Of a DNA stretch of 64,000 nt, positions 37,001 to 48,729 are shown one piece after another; position 1 is the first letter of the stretch; the number at the start of each line of letters is the position of its first letter. The position numbers and the translations under genes are program-made. Source of the stretch: Heterodontus francisci (Eukaryota). The stretch covers positions 34,481,461 through 34,545,460 of the forward strand of contig NC_090403.1 in the NCBI RefSeq assembly GCF_036365525.1, given 5' to 3'. The notes under the pieces are model-generated. The model was given only the letters and a program-made list of their open reading frames with translations. It was not told where the DNA came from and did not search any database.

Positions 37001-39210
37001 TCTCTGTGGTGCATACTGCAGAGCTCCTCCAGACTGGTCAAGGCAGCAGAAGTGCATTTTCAGAAAGCCATTTGGTGTGTTCGATGATGGCTGTGGTGGA
37101 GGCGTGAGTTGCACTTTGGGAATGCCTAACTGGTGTCATTTACAACGTTCAAAGGAGGTAACCCTTGTCATCCAGGATCCAGCCATCAACTTGGGTTGGT
37201 GCCTTAAAAATGTCTGGTAATTGTGTTTCGAAAAATGTATGAGTCGTGGCAACACTCTGGGAAAGGAGCACAGACCTGCATGATTTTTCACCTGTGGTCG
37301 CAAAACAGTTGAACATTCAAAGAGTGAAAGCCTTTGCGATTAACAAATGCAGCTAGCTGTTCCAGGGAGCTCTAATGGCCACATGAGTGCAATTGATCAC
37401 CGCTTGCAGTCTAGGGAAACGAGCAATGGCACCAAAGACTGATGATCTTGCCACCTGGCTGCCCTCGGCTACTGGGAAATAGATGAAATCATTGGCACAA
37501 CAGAATAGGGCATTGTTCACCTCCTTTATGCACCCGTGAGACACAGCCTGTGAGATGCCACATATGTCACGCGTTGAGCCCTGAAAAGCACTGCAAGCAA
37601 ATAAACTGAGTGCAGCTGTCACCTTGAGGGTAATTGCCATGGGGTTCCCACCAAAACCATGTGATTGCAGGTCCTGCTGAATGATCCCACAAATCTCTGA
37701 CCATCTCACGTGACATCCTCAGATGTCTCTGGCATTGCCTCTTCAACATCTAAAGGTAGTTTGCTGATGAGCCAGTGCATGTCTTCTATGATGCCTTCCC
37801 TGGATGGCATCATTCTGAGCAGCCTCCCCCTCTTGTGCTGCCTACTGCTGGCGTTGCAGCATCAGCTGTTGAGTGGCAAGAGCCCTCTTCAGTCTCATCC
37901 TCTGCTCTTGTTCCCAAGGTAGCAGAATTATTGGGTGTACGAGACCCATGTCTTTGCAGCTTTGCAACTATTTGAATGAGAAAAGCATTAAACTTAAACT
38001 TTGTTTTCCCACAAAGCTCAACCACCGAAGTCATGAGCTGATAGCTTGTACGCGCCTAACATGGTACAAAGCCTAAAATTCACCCAACCAGCACTGGTCT
38101 CCTCTCACTTCGATTTACATTCGTAGAATGACCACGTGGTTTCTAGTCTTATTTGGAAAAATGGTGCGGTTAACATTCAAGGCAAGTTTGCCCACCTTCC
38201 ACCCTCCTGCCACCTTCCAGCCTGCACCCACCATCCTTGACCCACCCAACGTTACCATGAACCTTCCCTCTGTGGCCCTTGAACTTCCCCTTATTACCAT
38301 GGACCAGATCATTATTGACTTATACATGCCATCTCTCTCCACTGTGCCTTCACCTGTCACTATCAGTATGCCCATTCTCACCCTAGATCCTCCAGTTCTC
38401 TAGCTCACTGTCATTGCCAAGTCCCATTCCCCTCCCTATGATTCCATCGAATACCCAACCCTAAGTCTAGACTTGTCCCACTACTGAATCCAACTGTCCC
38501 CTGTGACTGTGACCTTTCCCTCTGCCAGCCAGTGCCCTGAGTTCGCCCCCACAGGACCCCGACGTTGACAGTACTCATCCCTCCCTTTAGGCTAGTCATT
38601 ACCTTCACATACATTATCTGCTCCAAACACACCGCACCCCTCGCCCCGCCTCCAACAACTGCAGCAACAGCACAACCTAGCTCATATCTTGAACGCCAGA
38701 CCATTCCCTCCCCTGCACCTCCAGGTACCCGAGACCCCAGTCTTTATATCACACCGCTTATGTCTGCACCACCATCTTTGCAAAAAAATCACCCTTGCTT
38801 GTCCCCAGCCTGGAGTAAAACATCCATTCCAATGTTGGCCTTCCTTGGGCCAAAGAGTTCAAGAAAGAAAACCACTGATTTCAGACACAATTGCACAAAG
38901 CTGACTGATGCATGCCACCTTTAAACGAATGTGAACTGGGTGCCACGAGATTCCTGTGCCACTGACTTAGTCTGGCAGGTAGGACTTAATTTTAAATAAT
39001 TATGAGGTAATGAGTATTCATGTTATGTAAATGTATGGAAAGCTGTAACCCAAAACAGGACTGAGTGAAACCCAACCAGCCGCAAACACGCCCCTGACTT
39101 AATCTTTAATAAAACCCGCTGCCCAGAATGCAAAATATCACCACCCGCCTAATTAAATCACCCTGTCCGGCGCGAAAGCCGTTTTCTCAGGCCCCATTAA
39201 ATTCCCCCCG
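34030..39210. mobile_element. Degenerate PIF/Harbinger transposon: spliced Myb/SANT gene on + (from 34414), convergent DDE transposase on - (~36764-37960)
   Basis: RPAPRFSD...AWTEMAKEV...RTWVQYRKQVNDL then AGG|gtaagt at 34653; transposase motifs KVTAALSLFA, GISQ, FPRLQAVINCTHVAIRAP, SGGALQYAPQRVSRIVIVCCALHNL; right end aaattccccccg|tta. Confidence 0.85.
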
Positions 39211-40592
39211 TTATCTAAGATGGAGACGCTTACAAATGAAAGTTGGAGGTGTTACACATTTGTCTGGTTTACAGGCAGAGGGCGCAGTCTGCATGATCTG
39301 GTGAAATACAGAATGACTTGAACAAAATCCAACACTGGGCAAATGAAATATAGGAAGGTAAAATAGGCATTGCATGTATTCCATGAATGGTGCTGGCATA
39401 GGTAAAGATGAAGTTAAAAGAGAGTCAGGAATCTCAGTAAATATAATTGTCAGCATGTCCAAGGACAAGGAGTCATGAACAAAGCCAATAAAATGTTGAA
39501 CTACATAATCAAAAGTGTAGAATGCAGGTCAGAGGAGCTTTTAATTGAATTGCACAATGATCTGGTCAGATCACACCTTGAAAACTGCATTCAGTATTGG
39601 CTGTCAAGAAACCAATGAAAACCTTCAACTGCAGGAGACAATGCATTGAAGAACCACAAGGATCTGAGTTATGAGAAAAATAACTTGGGCCTTTCAGCCT
39701 GGGAGGGAGACACCTGAAATGTGGCTTTGTAGGGGTATATAAGATTGTTAAGGCAATGGAACAAGCAAACGCAGAGTATTACCTTATCCCCTTGTTCTAC
39801 TCCCACACTTTACAGGTTCAAACCAGTAAAAGGTAATTTTGCGATTGATATCAGGAAATTTTTCTTCATCCAATGTGGATGTAAAGACCCGAATCATTTA
39901 AGAAACAATTAGATACTGCAACGGATGGATTTTAGACTTTTCCTGGACAGATGAATTAAATTACTCTGAATGGACTTCTCATCCATAAGTATTTTACAAT
40001 CTACTGTGTAAAAGATCAGCCACAGCTTCCATACCCAGTACAGTCTGAGAGTCTCTATGTGTGCTGTAAATTTGTTTTGTTTGCAGGAAAATGATTCAGT
40101 CTGAGAGTTCCTCGTAACCACGCAATATTGCAAGCATAATTCAGGCTAGGAGCACCTACTAACCATTTATTATGTTAGAGTCGCCTCCAAACAGACAGCA
40201 GGGTGTTATCAGAGGGTCACTGGTATTATAAAATATGTTAGATTTGCCTGGAATCCAGGCAGAATACAGTTTGAGAATTCCCGTTAGCAATGCAGGACTG
40301 TCAACATTAAGGAAATGCTGAGATTGAGCTTAAGATCCATCAGCATGGGATATACTGTCACCCATTTCAACATGTAGATCTTTTTCTTTGAAGGGTAGGT
40401 TACAATTTTAAGCCAACTTTGAATTAAGTCTCACTATTAATAACCGAAAATGACAGGCCTGGCAGTATGTTAGATTTGCCTCGATTCAAGGCAGAGAGCT
40501 CCTGTGTGCTACCACTGAGTCACCTATGTCACCTTAGTCAGAAAGTTGTAGATTCAAGTCCCAATCCAGTGAATTGGGCACATAATATGCAG

Positions 40593-41598
40593 TGTCACGA
40601 ACATGTGCTATGCCAAATGATGATTTTTAATCCATCAACTGGAAACCTGAATTAAATGTTTTAAAAGGTGACTGCTAGCAGCTAAAATGACCACCAAAAT
40701 CCCCTTCATTCCAATGCATTGAGAAGGAGTCAAATTGTCTGGCCAGGCCCCTCCAGAACAATTACTTCGGAGTGAATCACCTGGCCTGTCCCCATTATCA
40801 AGGCATTTAAAGGCAAACACTTGGGACATTAAACTGGTGGAGATGAGCCACTTAAAGGTAATCACTTGAACAATGGGACCCTGATTGAGAGAACAGAATT
40901 CCTAGCCATGAACTAATTAAGTTGCAAGAGAAAATACACACTGAGCCATCATGTGACAGGTCCACAATCTGTGTGTTTTAAGCTGGGTTTTGTCTCTCTG
41001 CAGCAGACAAGCAACCGGACTGAGCAGAGGAGACCCAAGTGGGGTCCCTCTCTCTCTCCCCAGTCCACCTTACAAGCATCGAACCCTGCCTACTGGCTGT
41101 AACCGCCCAAGCCTATCATTGCTCCTGACAGAGACCCCGTAAAGGAAACCATCTGCATCACTGTTCCCCAGGAAAAACCCAAACCTGCTGTCCACATCGG
41201 CAAGCCAGAAGCCTCTCAAGGCCACCAAGTTCATTCAGAAGCCAACCAAGCCTCCAACCTCCACAGACTGTATACCCCTTTTTATAGCTCCGGACTCTCA
41301 AATCCGACCAATCTATTCTTCCCCACTCTGCAACCAATTTGTGTGTACGTGTGTGTTAGATTGGAGTGTAGTTTATTATTTTACTCTGTTCAGTTTAAGT
41401 ACAATAAAACTAACCTCTTTCTTTGTTAAACTCGAGAAAACATGTCCGATTGATTATTTTATGACCAGAGCGCATAAATAGTCAAAAACTCACTGAATTG
41501 GCAAGCGTATTCGCTTTATAAAAGAAATAAACCGTGTTGTGGTCAAACAAGAAGAGGGAAAAGAGAGCCCTTTGACCCCTCCTCACTTGATCATAACA
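40593..41598 (+). mobile_element. Solo LTR (Gypsy-type)
   Basis: tgtcacga...tcataaca termini; perfect 4-bp target duplication GCAG; 3' end resembles the other LTRs in the window. Confidence 0.85.
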
Positions 41599-41609
41599 GC
41601 AGCCATAAA

Positions 41610-42030
41610 TGCTGCCCAGGACATCAGAGAGCTCCCTTGCTCTTCTACTTCCAGATAGCACCAGAGGATCTTTTACATCCACCTGAGAGCAGATGGAGAC
41701 TCCGTTTAAGATCTCATCCGAAAGACATCACCTTCGATAGTGCATCATTCCCTCAGTACTGCAATGAAGCATCAGCCTGGATTATGTGGCTGACACAGTG
41801 CAGTCAATAGATACTTTGAACATTTAGTTCTCAACTAACATCACTAAAAACAGAATATCTGGTCATTTATTTCATTGCTGTTTGTGGGGCCTTGCCGTGC
41901 ACAAATTGGTTGCTGTGTTTCCTACATTACAGGAGTGACTGCACAAAAAAAGGACTAAATTGACTGTGAAGTGCTTTGAGACATCCTAAGGTCGTGAAAG
42001 GTGCTTTAGAAATGTCAGTTCTTTCTTATG
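41610..42030. mobile_element. SINE fragments (DeuSINE-like; minus 41610-41790, plus 41830-42030 with L2-type tail)
   Basis: cattccctcagtactgca (reverse of the SINE body); ctggtcatttatttcattgctgtttgtggg...aaaggtgctttagaaatg. Confidence 0.55.
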
Positions 42031-42199
42031 TGTTAGATTTGTCTGGTTTTCAGGAAGAAGGTGTTTTAAGAACTTTTATGAACAGTTCTGGGGTAAAAAA
42101 AAATCCTCTGGTCATCATTGCTTGTGAAGACTTCCCCTTTTATTAAATACATCATTATGTCTAGTGAAATGCTAAAGATATTCTAGAAATGTGTAAACG

Positions 42200-42860
42200 T
42201 ATTGCTTGAAATAGTTGAGGAAATGTACGTTGGATTCGTCCGGTTTCCAATGCAAAGGGTTCAGTCTGACAGAGCTCCTGCACTTACCTGGCGCAGCCTG
42301 GCAGTTTCTGCTCACTGGACAGCACAGTATTTAGATCTGCCCGGTAAAGTGCTCCTGCTAACTGTAGACAGAGGGCGCGCAGCCTGAGAGTTCCATGCTT
42401 AACCTGCTTGTGCAATCCCCACCCATCTGCCAAAACCACAGAGTGGGCGGGAGGCACAGCTCTTCGCAAACAAGAGTCTGGCAAAAACACTCTGATCTTT
42501 ATCTTTAGACGTTGTTGGTTTTGAGGCACTTTAGAAAATGTGTCAGTGCCAGCAGAATGGGGGCTTATTGCTCTCCAGCAGGTTTATGGGTAATGATGAC
42601 ACCAAACATTGCCACCTTTGTGCCTGTTGTTAAATGCTGTGTGTGTGTTTTTTTTTAAAAAGCGTTAATGTAGCCGGCAGGAATACTTGTGGAGCAAAAG
42701 CAAATCTCTCTTCCTGCGCCCCGGAGGCTTGTGACCATCAACTGGAGGAGTGATTTGCACGAAGTGACAGCTGAGCCATTGGGATCTTTTGTGGGAGGAA
42801 GAGTTAGTGGAGCTGAGTGAGATTAAGTCTTTTGTTTTATATATACACATACTTTGAAAA
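42200..42860 (+). promoter_or_regulatory. Probable SMARCD2 promoter / 5' UTR region
   Basis: CpG-enriched, TE-free sequence with a GC-box-like gtgggcggga directly upstream of aaaATGG at 42861; transcription start not determinable. Confidence 0.5.
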
Positions 42861-43031
42861 ATGGCGACAAGAGTAGGCGGAGGATACCCCATGAACCCAG
42901 GGAGTCCGATGAATCCCTCTTTGGGGGTGAACCCAATGAATCCCATGCCAGGACAAGCCGTCAGGATGCCCCTTAATCTCCAGCAGCAGTCTCCAGTCTT
43001 TCGGACGATGGGTGCCGGCGGCGTTTATTCC
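42861..43031 (+). CDS. SMARCD2: SMARCD2 (BAF60B) exon 1
   Basis: MATRVGGGYPMNPGSP...FRTMGAGGVYS resembles the SMARCD2 N-terminus (MSGRGAGGFP...FRPMG); TCC|gtgagt donor, phase 0. Confidence 0.85.
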
Positions 43032-43809
43032 GTGAGTATCCCCCCACCCCATTGCAACTTTTAAGGCAAAACTTTCCAACTTCTGTTCTTTTAATTTATC
43101 TATTTATGTATTTGCATTGATCGATCGGAAACCACTGAAACTGACCCCCATTCTCCTGAGAATCAAACAAGACCAGTGTTTTATCGAGGGGAAACAGTCA
43201 AATCTTTTATTCGATTTTTATTCGCTGCTATTTAATTTTATTTCTCAATCTCTTTATAATTACATTAGTAATTTGCATCACATTTAAGATTAACCTTGTT
43301 TTTTTGGGGGGGGGGGGTCATGATATTTGCTTTAGACACGTGTAAGAGAAATGAAATAGCTCTAAATATGATTTTATTTTATGAAGAGTTTGCTGCAGCT
43401 CTGCCTGTCAGATTGGGAATGAGAGAAGCTCCGAACTGACCCCCAGCCAGGTCTCCCTGTATTTATCGTGTGCCGTGTTGAAATTAACTGAAACTCGGCC
43501 TAAAAGCACCCTCCCCGATCCTTCCTGCTGAATGTTTTTTTTTGTTCCCGTTTCGCTTTACTTCCGCATTGAGTGTCGCATTCAAAAGCCTTGTTCAGAG
43601 ATCGCGGAGAGTCGGTGGCTGCTCCGTAGCCCGCACCGTGCAAACAGCAGCCGCTCCAGCACTGCCCGAGGAGGGCAAAGCAAAGACCTCCATCCCCCCA
43701 AAAACGGGCAACCTGGACTCGCCTCTCTACAATGTGAATATATATAAAACCATCGTTTCCCACGTGGTCGATACTGTACTGGCGAGAGGCACATGAGCGC
43801 CATCACATG

Positions 43810-46085
43810 CCTTGCATTATAGGGACAGTGGGAGAGGAGATCTGAATTATAGGGACAGGGGGAGGAAGGGGGTCTGGATTCTAGGGATGGGGAGGAAGGG
43901 GATCTGAATTATAGGGATGGGGAGGAAGGGGATCTCAATAATGGGCGAGGGGGAGGAAGGGGATCTGAATAATGGGGACTGGGGGAGAAAGGGGATCTGA
44001 ATTATCGGGACAGGGGAGGAAGGGGATCTGAATTATAGGGATCGGGAGAGGAAGGAGATCTGAATTATAGGGACTGGGGGAGGAAGGGGATCTGAATTAT
44101 AGGGACAGGGGGAGGAAAGAGATCTGATTTATATGGACGGACGGGGGGAGGAAGGGGATCTGAATTATAGGGACGGGGGAGGAAGGGGATCAGAATTATA
44201 GGGACGGGGGAGGAAGGGGATCTGAATTATAGGGACGGGGGAGAAAGGGGATCTGAATTATAGGGACTGGGGGAGGAAGAGGATCTGAATTGTAGGGACT
44301 GGGGGAGGAAGGGGATCTGAATTGTAGGGACGGGAGGAGGAAGGGGATCTGAATTGTAGGGACGGGAGGAGGAAGGGGATCTGAGTTATAGGGACGGGGG
44401 AGGAAGGGGATCTGAATTATAGGGACGGGGGAGGAAGGGGATCTGAATTATAGGGACGGGGGAGGAAGGGGATCTGAATTGTAGGGACGGGAGGAGGAAG
44501 GGGATCTGAATTAAAGGGACGGGGGAGGAAGGGGATCTGAATTATCGGGACTGGGGGAGGAAGGGGATCTGAATTATAGGGACTGGGGGAGGAAGGGGAT
44601 CTGAATTATAGGGATGGGGGAGGAAGGGGTTCTGAAATATAGGGGACGGGAGGAAGAAGGGGATCTGAATTATAGGGACAGGAGGAGGAAGGGGATCTGA
44701 ATTATAGGGACTGGGGGAGGAAGGGGTTCTGAATTATAGGGACAGGAGGAGGAAGGGGATATGAATTATAGGGATGGGGGAGGAAGGGTTCTGAATTATA
44801 GGGTACGGGAGGAAGAAGGGGATCTGAAATATAGGGGCAGGAGGAGGAAGGGGATCTGAATTATAGGGACTGGGGGAGGAAGGGGATCTGAATTATAGGG
44901 ACTGGGGGAGGAAGGGGATCTGAATTATCGGGACTGGGGGAGGAAGGGGATCTGAATTATCGGGACTGGGGGAGGAAGGGGATCTGAATTATAGGGACTG
45001 GGGGATGAAGGGGATCTGAATTATAGGGATGGGGGAGGAAGGGGTTCTGAATTATAGGGGACGGGAGGAAGAAGGGGATCTGAATTATAGGGACGGGAGG
45101 AGGAAGGGGATCTGAATTGTAGGGACGGGAGGAGGAAGGGGATCTGAATTGTAGGGACGGGAGGAGGAAGGGGATCTGAATTATAGGGACTGGGGGAGGA
45201 AGGGGATCTGAATTGTAGGGACTGGGGGAGGAAGGGGATCTGAATTGTAGGGACGGGAGGAGGAAGGGGATCTGAATTGTAGGGACGGGGGGAGGAAGGG
45301 GATCTGAATTATAGGGACTGGGGGAGGAAGGGGATCTGAATTATAGGGACGGGGGAGGAAGAGGATCTGAATTATAGGGACTGGGGGAGGAAGGGGATCT
45401 GAATTATAGGGACAGGGGAGGAAGGGGTTTAAAATTATAGGGGACGGGAGGAAGAAGGGGATCTGAATTATAGGGACTGGGGGAGGAAGGGGATCTGAAT
45501 TATAGGGACGGGGAAGGAAGAGGATCTGAATTATAGGGACTGGGGGAGGAAGGGGATATGAATTATAGGGACTGGGGGAGGAAGGGGATCTGAATTATCT
45601 GGACTGGGGGAGGAAGGGGATCTGAATTATCGGGACGGGAGGAGGAAGGGGATCTGAATTATAGGGACGGGAGGAGGAAGGGGATCTGAATTATAGGGAC
45701 GGGAGGAGGAAGGGGATCTGAATTATAGGGACGGGAGGAGGAAGGGGATCTGAATTATAGGGATGGGGGGATGAAGGGGATCTGAATTATAGGGACGGGG
45801 GAGGAAGGGGATCTGAAGTTTAGGGACTGGGGGAGGAAGGAGATCTGAATTAGTGGGACGGGGGGGCGGGGGAAAGGGGATCTGAATTATTGGGATGGGG
45901 AGGGAGTAAGGTGATCTGAATTATTGGGACCAGGGAGGAAGGGGATCTGAATTATTGGGACCAGGGAGGAAGAGGATCTGAATTATAGGGACGGGGGGAG
46001 AGGATCTGAATTATAGGAACATGGGGAGGTAGTAGATTTGAATTCTAGCGACAATGGGAGGAACGGGATCTGAATTTTAGGGACA
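43810..46085 (+). repeat. G-rich minisatellite, 31-32 bp unit (gggggaggaaggggatctgaattatagggac[t]), roughly 70 copies
   Basis: Directly visible tandem array with degenerate edges, in SMARCD2 intron 1. Confidence 0.97.
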
Positions 46086-46584
46086 GGTGGCTGATAGGTG
46101 AATTAGGGGGAAATCCTAAATCCAGATTATTTATGTATTTGGAAGTAATAGCAGCCCCGAAACAGACCCCTGTGGAATGTGACTCACCACATTTTTTTCA
46201 GAGTGGGAATCCTCCCTTTACATATTTCTTTCTGTCCTCTGACCATCTTTCTGTACATGTAGCCCTATTCTCCTTTATTTCATGTGCCATTATCTTTGCC
46301 ATAAGTCTCATGTCATATCAAGTGCTTTTTGAAAAACATACAAACCCAATTTAATTTATCTATTTCTTCAAAGAATTCTATTAGGTTAGTCAAGCATGAC
46401 CTTCCTTTCGAAATTCATGCTGACTGGTCCTGATTAACTCATATCTCTCCAAATGCTTAGTAATTTCATCTCGTATTATAGGCTGGTAGTTTACCAACTG
46501 TAATAAGATTAACTGGTCTTTAATTTCCTGGCTTTATACTTGCCTCCTTTTTGAAGAGTCATGAGAGTCAAATCAAAAAAGCAT

Positions 46585-47537
46585 GAAATAAAAACTGAAA
46601 AGCTAGAAATACTCAGCTGGTCAGACAGCATTTTTTGAGTGAGTAATAGAGTTAGTGTTTCAGGTCAATGATCTTTTGTCAAAACTAGAAAAAGTTGGAA
46701 CTTTAACAGGTTTTAAGCAAGTACAAGAGGCAGGGAAAGGGAGGAGGGGAGGAAAGAACAAAAGATCATGGTCTGTAATAGGGTGGAAGGCAAAAGAGAT
46801 TAAATGACAAAATGGATAATGGAGCAAGGGGATGGCAATGGGACAAATAAATAAACACAAGATGGCTCGAGAATTGTTGCAAGTGGGAATAGTAGAATCA
46901 AAATGACAGGCAGCAGAAGCTCTGGGACATGCTGAAAGGAGGTGTTCCACAATGCGGTCACCAAATCTGTGTATGGTCTCCTCAAGGTAGAGGAAACCAT
47001 AAAAGCAGCGAATAATGTTTACTGAATTGAAAGAAATACAAGTAAATCGCTGTTTCTCCTGGAAGTAGTGTTTGGGGCCTGGACGGTGAGAAGAGAGCAG
47101 GTAAAAGAGCAGATGTTGCCTCCTGCCTATGCCTGGTAAGATGTTATCGGAAGTGGAGGTGGGTGCTGGATTGATTGAGGAGGGGACCTGGGTTTTGCAG
47201 ATGGTATGGTCCCTTCGGAACATTGAAAGAGGAGGGGAGGGGAAGATCTGTTTGGTGGTGACATCATGCCGGAAGTGGAGGAAATGGCAGAGGATCATCT
47301 GTTGAATGTGGAGGCTGGTGAGCTGGAAGGTGAGGACAAGGGGAACTTTATCGTGGTTGTGGGAGGCAGGGGAAGGGGTAAGAGCAGATGTGCAGGAAAT
47401 GGAACAGACATGGACCAGGGCCCTGTTAGACACAGTGGAGGGAAATCCTCGGTTGAAGACAAAGGACAATTTCAGAATCACTGGTATGGAAGGTAACATT
47501 ATCAGAACTGATGCAATGGAGACAGAAAAACTGGAAG
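46585..47537 (-). mobile_element. Degenerate Penelope-like element
   Basis: ORF 46660..47499 (FNRGFPSTV...VPLVLTF...RFGDRIVEHL); decayed hammerhead motif at ~46649-46686. Confidence 0.85.
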
Positions 47538-47539
47538 TG

Positions 47540-48060
47540 TTTACGAGGAATGCTCTTACATCCTTTCTTGAATAAGGGTGTCACATTTTCCACTCTCCAA
47601 TCCTCTGGCACCTCCCCTGTATCTAAGAAAGATTGGAAGATAATGGCAAGTCCTTCCGCTATCTGCACCCCCACTTCCTTTAGCAACAGGGATGCAAGCC
47701 ATCCGAACCAGGCGACTTAATCTCTCTAGGCATAGCCAGCCTTTCCAGTACATCCTGGCTAACAATTTTCACCTCATCCGTTACCTCTACCATCTCCGCT
47801 TCTACCAATATTTTGTTAGTATCCTCTTCCTTAGTAAACACCGATACAAAGTACTCAGTTAATATTGTAGCCCTGTCCTGCGCCTCTAAGCATTTTTCAC
47901 CCTCTTTGTCCCTAATAGGCCTCATCATACCTCTTACTATTTATATGCTCTTAGAAGGTTTTCGGGTTCCCTTTTATGTTGGCTGCCATTCTATTCTCAT
48001 ATTGTCTCTTTGCCAATCGTATTTTCCTCTTCACTTCCCCTCTCAACTTACTGTATTTGA
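47540..48060 (-). mobile_element. CR1 fragment
   Basis: EYFVSVFTKEE, KSPGSDGLHP, VPEDWRVENVTPLFKKG. Confidence 0.85.
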
Positions 48061-48729
48061 CCTGGAGCAGAATTAAAGTATCTTAGAAAAAGCATTAGAT
48101 CCAAATTATTTGGGGCAAGGGTATATATGAGATTTGAATTGTAGGGTATAGGGGAGATGTAAAAACTGAATTCAGTTGGCATGGATGAGGTATGTGATCT
48201 GAATTGTGAGAGCTGTGAGGAAATAAGGGGAGAAGTTTGACGAGACATCGTGCCAGCAACAATATCTCACATGCAACTGATGGCTTAATGGAAAATCATG
48301 TTTGTACCACGTGGATGGAGAATTGTGAACAGTGAAAATGCGATTTTACAGTAAGCTACTGATGGAGTGTGAGGCCCTGCCATGGTCTTAGAAAAGTTTT
48401 CCCATAGGATCTGAATTCTAGATTGTGGTAAGTTATAGAGGCCATGTGGAGGTGGTGAGATCCAAATTATAGGAATGTATGTGAGATGTGGGGAATTTCT
48501 GGGAGATTGGTACAGAGACATATAAACAGATATTATAACTTTTGGCTTGGAAGACACTAAGGAACCGTACATTACCCCTACCTTGTGATTTAATTGGTAT
48601 GCAACTGTGATTTTGTGTACCAAAAATTAGCACCAGGAAAGGGTATCAAAGGGGCATTGCAAAATACACAATGTAGACCTAACTGGCTTAACTGACCTTG
48701 CCCACATGTGGAAGAACCTACAAGCTCCC

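Larger units (their letters stand above)
39250..42400 (+). repeat. Dispersed degenerate ~50-bp repeat family upstream of SMARCD2
   Basis: Motif tatgttagatttgYctgg...caggcagagggcgcagtctgagagttcc recognisable near 39251, 40060, 40171, 40233, 40466, 42028, 42225 and 42328. Confidence 0.6.

Noticed and set aside
43810-46085. CRISPR-like array
   Set aside because: Head-to-tail units without unique spacers, in a vertebrate intron: a minisatellite.
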